DNA from: Mobula hypostoma
Lineage: Eukaryota
Assembly: GCF_963921235.1 (NCBI RefSeq)
Contig: NC_086109.1
Location: forward strand, 1,054,001-1,118,000
DNA length: 64,000 bases
Direction of reading: 5' to 3'
Shown: positions 34,832 to 45,187 of the stretch, piece after piece
Numbering within the stretch: position 1 is the stretch's first letter
How the letters are laid out: every line of letters begins with the position of its first letter
Notes under the pieces: generated by a model
Databases searched by the model: none
Seen by the model: only the letters and a program-made list of their open reading frames with translations
What the model was told of the DNA's origin: nothing
Position numbers and translations under genes: made by a program

Positions 34832-37233
34832 AGACAATAGACAATAGGTGCAGGAGTAGGCCATTTGGCCCTTCGAGCCAGCACCGCCATTCACTGTGAT
34901 CATGGCTGATCATCCACAATCAGTATCCAGTTCCTGCCTTATCCCCATAACCTTTGATTCCGCTATCTTTAAGAGCTCTATCCATCTTTCTTGAAAACAT
35001 CCAGAGACTTGGCCTCCACAGCCTTCTGGGGCAGAGCATTCCATATATCCACCACTCTCTAGGTGAAAAAGTTTTTCCTCAACTCCGTTCTAAATGGCCT
35101 ACCCGTATTCTCAAACTGTGGCCTCTGGTTCTGGACTCACCCATCAGCGGGAACATGCTTCCTGCCTCCAGCATGTCCAATCCCGTAATAATCTTATATG
35201 TTTCAATAAGATCCCCTCTCAGCCTTCTAAATTCCAGAGTATACAAGCCCAGTCGCTCCAATCTTTCAACATATGACAGTCCTGCCATCCCGGGAATTAA
35301 CCCTGTGAACCTACGCTGCACTCCCTCAATAGCAAGAATGTCCTTCCTCACATTTGGAGACCAAAAACTGTACACAGTACTCCAGGTGTGGTGTCACCAG
35401 GGCCCTGTACAACTGCAGAAGGACCTCTTTGCTCTTATACTCAATTCCCCTTGTTATGAAGGCCAGCATGCCATTAGCTTTCTTCACTGCCTGCTGTACT
35501 TGCATGCTTGCTTTCAGTGACTGATGTACAAGAGCACCTCGATCTCGTTGTACTTCCCCTTTTCCTAACTTGACTCCATTTAGATAATAATCTGCCTTCC
35601 TGTTCTTGCTACCAAAGTGGGTAACCTCACATTTATCCACATTAAACTGCATCTGCCAAGCATCTGCCCACTCACCCAGCCTGTCCAAGTCACCCTGCAT
35701 TCTCATAACATCCTCTTCACATTTCACACTGCCACCCAGCTTTGTGTCATCGGCAAATTTGCTAATGTTACTTTTAATTCCCTCATCTAAATCATTAATA
35801 TATATTGTAAACAGCTGCAGTCCCAGCACTGAACCCTGCGGTACCCCACTGGTCATCGCCTGCCATTCCAAAAGGGACCCGTTAATTGCTACTCTTTGTT
35901 TTCTGTCAGCCAGCCAATTTTCAATCTACATTAGTACTCAGCCCCCAATACCATGTGCCCTAATCTTGCCCACTAATCTCCTGTGTGGGACTTTATCAAA
36001 GGCTTTCTGAAAGTCCAGGTACACTACATCCACTGGCTCTCCCTTGTCCATTTTCATAGTTACATCCTCAAAAAATTCCAGAAGATTAGTCAAGCACGAT
36101 ATCCCCTTCGTAAACTGATCCTGTTACTGCTATCCAGATGTGTTGTAATTTCATCTTTTATAATTGACTCCAGCATCTTTCCCACCACCGACGTCGGGCT
36201 AACCAGTCTATAATTCCCTGTTTTCTCTCTTCCTCCCTTCTTGAAGAGAGGGACAACATTAGCCACCCTCCAATCCACAGGAACTGATCCTGAATCTATA
36301 GAACATTGGAAAATGATTACCAATGCGTCCACGATTTCTAAAGCAACCTCCTGAAGTACCCTCGGATGCAGACCATCAGGGCCCGGGGTCTTATCAGCCT
36401 TCAGACCCAACAGTCTATCCAACACCATTTCCTGCCTAATATAAATTTCCTTCAGTTCATCCATTACACTAGGTTCTTTGGCCACTATTATATCTGGGAG
36501 ATTGTTTGTGTCTTCCCTAGTGAAGACAGATCCAAAGTAGCTGTTCAACTCGTCTGCCATTTCCTTGTTCCCCATAATAAATTCACCCGCTGCTGTCTTC
36601 AAGGGCCCAATTTTGGTCTTAACTACTTTTTTCCTTTTCACATACCTAAAGAAGCTTTTACTTTCCCCCCGCCTGCCTTGTCTTTCTTCCTGGACCTCCT
36701 GTCCCATGATCCTCTCTTATCCCTTTTGCCTATCACCTGTCCAGCTCTTGGCTCCATCCCTCCCCCTCCTGTCTTCTCCTATCATTTTGGATCTCCCCCT
36801 CCCCCTCCAACTTTCAAATCCCTTACTCACTCTTCCTTCAGTTAGTCCTGACGAAGGGTCTTGGCCTGAAACATCGACTGCACCTCTTCCTGGAGGTGCT
36901 GCCTGGCCTGCTGCGTTCACCAGCAACTTTTATGTGTGTTGCTTTTACTATCCTCCTTTATATTCTTGGCTAGTTTACCTTTGTACCTCATTTTTTCTCC
37001 GCGTATTGCCTCTTTAGTTATTTTCTGTTGCTCTTTAAAAGTTTCCCAATCCTTCGGCTTCCCACTTGTCTTTACTATGTTATACTTCTTCCTTTTATTT
37101 TTATACTGTCCATTACTTCCCTTGTCAGCCACGGCCTCCCCTTACTCCTCTTAGGATCTTTTTTCCTCTTTGGAATGAACTGATCCTGCACCTTCTGCAT
37201 TATTCCCAGAAACACTTGCCATTGCTGTTCCAC
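34832..37233 (-). mobile_element. CR1 LINE, near-identical inverted counterpart of about 28915-31282
   Basis: Same translation blocks (ISKFADDTKLGGSVKCEEDV, EVQRDRG), same tail, same nonsense codons. Confidence 0.95.
36663..36940 (+). mobile_element. Penelope pLTR insert with hammerhead (36843-36880)
   Basis: TSD gcttttact (36654-36662, 36941-36949); tagtcctgacgaagggtcttggcctgaaacatcgactg. Confidence 0.9.
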
Positions 37234-39255
37234 AGTATAGGGGCAGGTGTAGCATTTGTGCTTACAAGGTGGGTACCAGGTGGGAGATCCGTGGGGAGGG
37301 ACGTGTGGACCAGGGAGTTGCAGAGGGAACAATCCCTGTGGTAAGTGGAGAGGGAAAGATGTGCTTGGTGGTGTGGTCCTGTTGAAGGTGGTGGAAGTTG
37401 TGGAGGATAATGTGCTGGATCCGGAGGCTGGTGGGGTGGTAGGTAAGGACAAGGGGAACTGTCCCTGTTGTGGTTGCGGGCAGATGGGGTGAGGACCAAA
37501 GTGCAGGAAATGGAGGAGATGTGGGTGAGGGCATCATTGATGACGGCAGAAGGGGAACCACGATCCTTAAAGAAAGAGGATATTTGAGAACTCCTGGAAT
37601 GGAAAGCCTCATCCTGGGAGCAGATGCGGCGGAGATGGAGGAACTGGGAATGGGGAATGGCATTTTTGCATGTGGCAGGGTGGGAAGAGGTATAGTCGGG
37701 GTAGTTATGAGAGTCAGTGGGCTTACAGAAGATGTCAGTGGACAGTCTGTCTCCAGAGATGGAGACTGAGAAAGGGGAGAGAAGTGTCCAAGATAGACCA
37801 AGTGAACTTGAGAGCTGGGTGGAAGGTAGAAGTAAAGTCGATGAAATTGACGAGCTCAGCATGGGTGCAGGAAGCAGCAGCAATGTAGTCGTCAATGTAC
37901 CGAAGGAAAAGTTGAGGTGCAGTACCAGAATAGGTTTGCAGCACAGACTGTTCCACATAACCAACGAAGAGGCAGGCATAGCTGGGGCCCATGCGAGTTC
38001 CCATAGCTACACCCCTGGTCTGAAGAAAGTAGGAAGAGCCAAAAGAGAAGTTATTAAGTGTGAGTACCAGTTCCGCCAACCGGAGGAGGGTAGTGGTGGT
38101 GGGGAACTGGTGAGGTCTATTATCCGGAAAGTAGCAGAGGGCTTTGAGGCCTTCTTGATGGGGAATGGAGGTGTATAAGGAAAATATAGTTCATAGTAAA
38201 AATGAAGCGGTTGGGACCGGGGAATTGGAAGTTATTGAAGAGGTGGAGGGCATGGGATGTATCCCGGATGTAGGTGGGGAGGGACTGAACTATGGGTGAC
38301 AAAATGGAGTCCAGGTAGGCAGATACAAGTTCGGTGGGACAGGAGCAGGCAGAAACTATGGATCTACCGGGACAGTCAGGCTTGTGGATCTTGGAGAGGA
38401 GGTAAAACCGAGCAGTACGGGGTGTGGGAATTGTGAGTTTTGTGGCTGAGGATGGAAGGTCTCCGGAGTTGATATGGGTGGTGATAGTACGGGAGACAAT
38501 GGTTTGATGTTTTTTGCTGGAGTCCTGTTCCAGGGGTAAGTAAGAGGAGGTGTCAGAGAGCTGCCATTTGTCCTCAGTGGGGTAGGGTCGGGACCTCGGT
38601 CCGAGCTGGATCCAGAGCTGGGGGTGGCAGAGCCTGTGGCCTGCAGGGCGCCAGAACTGAGGTCAGAGTCGGAGGCGAGTGAGTCCATGGCCCACCGGGG
38701 GCTGGTGCCCATTTCCGGGAGGCTGTGGTTCCAGTCGGGATCCGAGTCAGAGGCGGATGGGTCTTCAGCCTGCCGAAGGCCTGAGAAGTCGAGGTCCGAG
38801 GGGTCGGGGTCCGGGCTGGAGCCAGTCGTCGTCACGGGCTCCAGGCGGGCGAGCTTATGGTCCTTCTTGGATGTAAGGAAGAAGAAACGGCGGTTGGAGG
38901 CATGAATCCGGTGGAGAATGAAGTGTAGGAGAGGTCCATGGCGAACGGTGGAGAGCGAGGCCCGGAGTGGTGGCAGAGAGAGGGACAGGGCCCGTAGGTA
39001 TCTCCGCATGGCAGCGAGCGTGGCACAGAGAATCAGGTAGGAGCAGCAGTCAATGAAACGGAGGTACCTGGGATCCTCGCTGGGCCCGAACAGGGAGGCC
39101 TGGAACCGGAGCTGGAATCCCTGTGGTACATGATGGCGGTGGAGACACGTTCCCAGGAAGGAGACAGTAAGAGTTTTGAGAGGGGGAGGGGGAGACCCGA
39201 AATGATAGGAGAAGACAGGAGGGGGAGGGATGAAGCCAAGAGCTGGGAAGTTGAT
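37234..39255 (-). mobile_element. Long Penelope-like element: upstream pLTR piece, N-terminal domain and RT, frameshifted; GIY-YIG end lost
   Basis: LPTYIRDTSHAL; NNFSFGSSYFLQTRGVAMGTRMGPSYACLF; FLRYIDD; STDIFCKPTDSHNY; AIPHSQFLHLRRICS. Confidence 0.92.
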
Positions 39256-39359
39256 GCAGTATACAACTCTGAGATTCGTCTTCACCAGATAGTCACAAAA
39301 CAAAGAAAACCAAGGAAGTCATTCAAAGAAAAACATCAACCGCTACCCTGCACAAATAA

Positions 39360-39805
39360 GACACCACCAAACAGCAACGTGAACATCAAACCTCAAACCC
39401 CCAACCCCCTCCCTCGCACAAAACAACAGATTGCACCAAACATCATGACATCGAACCCCAAACGCCTAATCCCTTCCCTCACACAAAACAACTCATATCA
39501 CACCAAACATCAATGTGACATCGAACCCCAAACGCCCAATCCCTTCCCTCACACAAAACAACTCATATCACACCAAACAGCAACGTGACATCGAACCCCA
39601 AATGCCCAATCCTCTCCCTCACACAAAACAACTAACAGATCACACCAAACAACACGGTAACATCGAATGCCAAACCCCCAACCCCCTCCCTCGCACAAAA
39701 CAACTAACAGATCACACCAAACAGCAACATGACATCAAACCCCAAACCCTCAACCCCCTCCCTTAGACAAAACAACTAACAGATCACACCAAACAGCAAC
39801 GTGAA
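39360..39805. repeat. ~70-bp CA-rich tandem repeat, about 6 copies
   Basis: Unit cacaccaaacagcaacgtgacatcgaaccccaaacgcccaatcccttccctcacacaaaacaactcatat. Confidence 0.9.
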
Positions 39806-40297
39806 AGAACAGGCGAAACACAGAATGCAAAAACAAATTGAACTGAAGGAGACGATTTGAACTGCAGGTAGTTTGAACTGAAGTCCACAGCCAATTTACC
39901 CATTTCCCTCGGGATCAATAAAGTATGTCTGTCTATCTATCTATCAATTCATAAATCGCAGAATTTTGGTAAATCCTCCAATAGCATCGAGGAAGAAAGA
40001 TCTTCTGAGATCCCTCACACACGGTTATTTTATCTGGCGGTAGCAAGAGATCCATCCCAGCAGTGAGCAAGAGACAGGTGCTCAACACTCGCTTACCTCC
40101 AAATTCACATCTTGCTTCAACCTTCCTCACACCCCATCTTAAGCTTCTTCGCCTCAAGGCCACTCACACTCACCTCCTGGAATTTCCTCAGAGACAGCAG
40201 AACGCTAGATCACTCATTTGACCTCCAAACTGTAAGTCGCAGGCTCCAACAGTTCCAGAAAAGTTCCAGATAAAATGAAGATGTAGAAAATGCAAAA

Positions 40298-40455
40298 TAA
40301 ACCAATCAGGAGGGACGGACTACAGGAGGTATAAATACCACTGGACTAGGCATGCCAGGCATCATCCCTGTGGAAGATGGCAGAGTTTGTCATCAAAACA
40401 TTAGCTATAATCAATACCTGAGTCTGGATGGAAGCCCGAGAAGGGTTTACTCATT
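40298..40455 (+). mobile_element. pLTR of a second Penelope-like family with a decayed hammerhead
   Basis: accaatcag, gtataaata, then CTGTGGAA-GATGGCA-gagtt-TGTCATC-AAAAC-ATT. Confidence 0.55.
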
Positions 40456-41349
40456 GAAGTAAATAGTTCCCCAGACTACCTGAAAGACATTGCCCGAGGA
40501 AGCATTTTTTGCAGGCACCATCTTGTCCGGATTCAAAATAATTGGATCTATCATACTACGATGACTGGATCAGATTCTATCATATTTAGATCAATTCCCC
40601 TAAGGGTTCCTTTACCTTAAGCTCTCTAATCAATTCTAGTTCATTGCACAACAGCCAATCCAGACTAACTGATCCCCCAGTGGGTTCAACCACAAGCTGC
40701 TCTAAAAAGCCATCTCATAGGCACTTAATGGGATACAGCACCAACCTTATTCTCCCAATTTACTTAAATATAAATCTCCCATTACTATCTTAACATTGCC
40801 CTTTTGACACGTATTTTCTATCCCCCTTGTAATTTGAAAACTACATCTTTACTACTGTTCAGAGATCTGTATATAATCCCCATCAGGGTCTTTTTACCCA
40901 TTGCAGTTTCTTAGCCCTAACCACAATTCTACACCATCTGATCCGATGCCACATCGTTCTAGTGATTAGATTTAATTTATTACCAGCAGAACCATACTAC
41001 CTTCTGCCTACCTACCTGTCCTTTTGATACAATGCATATCCTTCTTTCAGCCACGATTCACTAATGCGCACAATGTCATATATGCCAGTCTGTAACTGTG
41101 CTACAAGTTCATCAACATTATTCCATATACTTACTGTGGGCATTCAAATATAACACCTTCAGTCTTGCATTCATCACCCTTATCATTCCAGCTCCCACGA
41201 ACCTGCCCAGTTAGTTTAAACCCTCACGAACTGCTCTAGCAAACCTGCCCAAAAAGATATTGGTCCCTCTCAGGACAGGTGTAGCCCAATCCTTTTGTAC
41301 AGGCCGTACCTTTCCCAAAAGAGATTCCCTCAAAACTAATCAGTAAACT

Positions 41350-42750
41350 CCAAGTTCTGGGCCACAATACCTTCTGTACAACTGGATCCTGGATAACCTC
41401 ACTTGCAGACCCCAGTCAGTTTGAATTGACCGGAAGAAGCTGCAGAAGATCGTGAACACAACCCAGCACGTCACACAAACCAATCTTCCGTCCTTGGACT
41501 CACTTTACACCGCACGCTGTTGGAGCAGTGCTGCCAGGATAATCAAGGACACGACCCACCCAGCCAACACACTTTTCGTCCCTCTTCCCTCCGGGAGAAG
41601 GCTCAGGAGCCTGAAGACTCGTATGGCCAGATTTGGGAACAGCTTCTTTCCAACTGTGATAAGACTGCTGAACGGATCCTGACCCTCCAAATATCTGGAC
41701 TTGCCTCTCAGTTTTTTTGCACTACCTTACTTTCCCTTTTCTATTTTCTCTTTATGACTTATAATTTAAATTTTTAATATTTACTATCGATTTGTACTCC
41801 AGGGAGCACGAAGCGCAGAATCAAATATCGCTGTGATGATTGTATGTTCTAGTATCAACTGTTCGGCGACAATAAAGTATAAAGTAACGTAACCCTCCTC
41901 CATGATCTCCATCGGCACAGGAACACCACAAGACTGTGTGCTTATCCCCTGCTCTACTCACTTTACACCTATGACCGTGTGGCTAAGCACGGCTCCAACA
42001 CCATATTCAAGTTTACTGATAACACCGCTGTTGTGGGCTGTATCAAAGGTGGTGATGAATCAGCATTCAGGAGGGAGATTGAAAGTTTGGCTGAATGGTG
42101 TCATGATAACAACCTCTCACTCATTGTCAGCAAGACAAGGAACTAATTGTAGACTTCAGGAGAGGGAAAACAGAGGTCCATGAGCCAGTCCTGACTGGGG
42201 GATCAGAGGTGGAGAGGGTCAGCAACTTTAGATTCCTGGGTGTCACTACCTCAGAAAAACAGTTCTGGACTCATCATATAAATGTAATTGCAAAAAAAAA
42301 ATGACAGTGCCTCTACTTCTTTAGGAGTCTACAGAGATTCGGCATGACATCAAAAACTTTGACAGATTTTATAGATGTGCAGTGAACAGCGTAACTGACT
42401 GGCTGCATCATGACCTGGTCTGGGAACACCAATAACTTTGAACCGAAAATCCTACAAAAGGTAGTGTATTCAGCCCAGTACATCACGGGTAAAGCTCTCC
42501 CAACCATTGAGCACATCTACATGAAACGCTGCCAATGGAAAGCAGAATCAGTCATCAAGGATCCTCACCACCCAGGCCAAGCTCTTTTGCTCTTTTTTTT
42601 CACTGCTGCCATCAGGAAGAAGGTACAAGAGGCTCAGGACTCACGCCACCAGATTCAAAAACAGTTACTACCCCTTAACAATCAGACTTTTGAACATAAG
42701 GAGATAACTACACTCATCTGTTGAGATGTTCCCACAACCAATGATCTCAC
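41350..42750 (+). mobile_element. Rex1/Babar RT fragments; one 3' end (41428-41886) nested in another copy
   Basis: RIIKDTTHPANTLFVPLPSGRR; GTPQDCVL; LQKVVYSAQYITGKALP..KDPHHPG. Confidence 0.85.
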
Positions 42751-42762
42751 TTTACATAGTCA

Positions 42763-43317
42763 TACATAGAAACATAGAAAATAGGTGCAGGAGTAGGCCA
42801 TTTGGCCCTTCGAGCCTGCACCACCATTCAGTATGATCATGGCTGATCATCCAACTCAGAACCCTGTACCTGCCTTCCCTCCATACCCCCTGATCTCTTT
42901 AGCCACAAGGGCCATATCTAACCCCCTCTTAAATATAGCCAATGAACTGGCCTCAACTGTTTCCTGTGGCAGAGAATTCCACAGATTCACCACTGTCTGT
43001 GTGGAGAAGTTTTTCCTAATCTCGGTCCTAAAAGGCTTCCCCTTTATCCTCAAACTGTGACCCCTCGTTCTGGACTTCCCCAACATCGGGAACAATCTTC
43101 CTGCATCTAGCCTGTCCAATCCCGTTAGGATTTTATATGTTTCAATAAGATCCCCCCTCAATCTTCTAAATTCCAGCGAGTATAAGTCTAGTCGATCCAG
43201 TCTTTCATCATATGAAAGTCCTGCCATCCCAGGAATCAATCTGGTGAACCTTCTTTGTACTCCCTCTATGGCAAGGATGTCTGTCCTCAGATTAGGGGAC
43301 CAAAACTGCACACAATA
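42763..43317 (-). mobile_element. CR1 3' fragment inserted into the tail of a Rex1 3' fragment (43401-43625)
   Basis: YCVQFWSPNLRTDILAIEGVQRRFTRLIPGM; catagaaacatagaaaatagg tail. Confidence 0.9.
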
Positions 43318-44559
43318 CAGTGCACCATTTGGGGGGGGGGGGGGTTGAGGAAGTGATATAGAATGAAGGGATTGTTGGGAGAGTGACACTGGGAGGAGCA
43401 TAATACTGATCCCAGGGGAAATTGGCTTTCATTACAGTTGCACCATAAATAATAAATAGTAATAAAACCATAAATAGTTAAATGGTATTATGTAAATTAT
43501 GACAGGAAATAAGTCCAGGACCAGCCTATTGGCTCAGGGTGTCTGACCCTCCAAGGGAGGAGTTATAAAGTTTGATGGCCACAGGCAGGAATGACTTCCT
43601 ATGACGCTCTGTGTTGCACCTCGGTGGAGATCTACCGAGAACATCGAAACCTATAGCACTATGGTAAAGGACATAGAGTTGTGATCACTACCTCCAAAAA
43701 GCTCTCCCACCAAGAGATCTGCCACCTGAACAGGTTCATTTTAAGGACTCTTTATATTTCATGTTCTCGTTACTTATTGCTACTTATTTATATTTGCATT
43801 TGCACAGTTTGTTGTTTTCTGCACTCTGGTTGATCTTTCATTGATCCTGCTATAGTCACAACTCTACAGATTTGCTGAGTATGCCTGCAGGAAAATGAAT
43901 CTCAGGGTTGTATATAGTGACATACATGTACTCTGATAATTACTTTGAATTTTGAATCTGCCAAATCATCCTGTACTTACCCTCACTGATGCATGGCACA
44001 GGCAGCAATCCAAAGATTACTAGCCTGTAGGTCCTGCTTTTCAGCTATCTACCTAGCTCCCTAAAATCTATCTTCTGGACCTCCTCAGCTTTCCTACCTA
44101 GGTCTGGTACCGATATGTACCAAGACTTCTGGCTGCTCACCCTCCCCCTTTAGAAAGCTGTGGACCCAATCTGATACATCCTGACCCTGGCATCTGGGAG
44201 GCACCAGACCATCCGGATGTCTCTATCATGTCTACAGCACCTCATCTCTATTCCTCTGACTATGAAATCTCCTGTGACAGTGTACTGCTCCCTCCACATC
44301 CTTAACACAGTGGATCGGTCCCCCAAAGGTCCCTACTACTATGCAGCAGTCCCTCACACAGTACAAAGCTCCCTCAGTGCTCCTCCCAGTGTCACTCTTC
44401 CAACAATCCCTTCATTCTGTATCACTTCCTCAACCCCCCCCCCGATGGTGCACTGTTCCCTCACCCCACACCCATGGTGCAGTGATCCCTCATACACCTC
44501 CCCCCCATGGTGCAGTCAGGCTCTTCATGGCAGGTTCAGCACACCCCATCACCCTGTGA

Positions 44560-44675
44560 GAGAGCGCGACTCAGCCCACATCCTCCTGCGCAACTTGGGG
44601 AGTCATTTTAGTTTGTCGCATCTCCTGACGTTTGCACCCATGACGTATTTTGGGAGCGTCGCGGTACCGAGGAAG
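44560..44675 (+). promoter_or_regulatory. CpG-rich housekeeping-type promoter / 5'UTR
   Basis: Local CpG enrichment; tgcgca 44587; two TGACGT (44626, 44641); ggAAGATGGCG YY1-type motif overlapping the ATG. Confidence 0.6.
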
Positions 44676-44692
44676 ATGGCGCTGTTGTGGAG
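44676..44692 (+). CDS. sdhc: First coding exon (MALLWR, phase-2 donor) of a probable succinate dehydrogenase cytochrome b560 subunit
   Basis: aagATGGCGCTGTTGTGGAG|GTCAGT: strong Kozak and donor; resembles human SDHC exon 1 (MAALLLR, split in the Arg codon). No downstream exon identified in the window. Confidence 0.5.
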
Positions 44693-44871
44693 GTCAGTAG
44701 GAGGATTTTAGACTTTGTATTGTGTCTGGAATCTGATATTCAAAAGGCACAGCTTAAATAAGGAGGTTGTAGTGGCAGTCCTCTTTGATATTGAGAATGA
44801 TTGTTATATGCTTTGGAAGGATGGACTGTTGATAAAATTATTAAGCGTTGAGATTGGTGTGCGAATGTATA

Positions 44872-45053
44872 GCAATACACTTCAAAGTTGCTGGTGAACG
44901 TAGCAGGCCAGGCAGCATCTCTAGGAAGAGGTACAGTCGACGTTTCGAGCCGAGACACCTATTCCTATAGATGCTGCCTGGCCTGCTGCGTTCACCAGCA
45001 ACTTTTATGTGTGTTGCTTGAAATTCCAGCATCTGCAGATTTCCTCGTGTTTA
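44872..45053. mobile_element. Fold-back Penelope pLTR mini-insert (hammerhead truncated)
   Basis: Inverted arms; TSD cgaatgtata/cgaatatata (44862-44871, 45054-45063). Confidence 0.87.
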
Positions 45054-45187
45054 CGAATATATAATTGAGCTAAAGGTTTTTTATGTTAGATGGCTATACA
45101 GGCCAGGGGTGAGTAAGGAGCATTCTAAGGTTTATCCCGTAGATAATGGTCCTCCACTAGGGAGTGTTTGTAGTCCTGTCCTGTTCA

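Noticed and set aside
44676..44711. MPV17 (human starts MALWR) or the 164-aa ORF 44217-44711 as the gene
   Set aside because: The splice donor right after codon 6 fits SDHC better and the MPV17 continuation is absent; the long ORF lacks recognisable features
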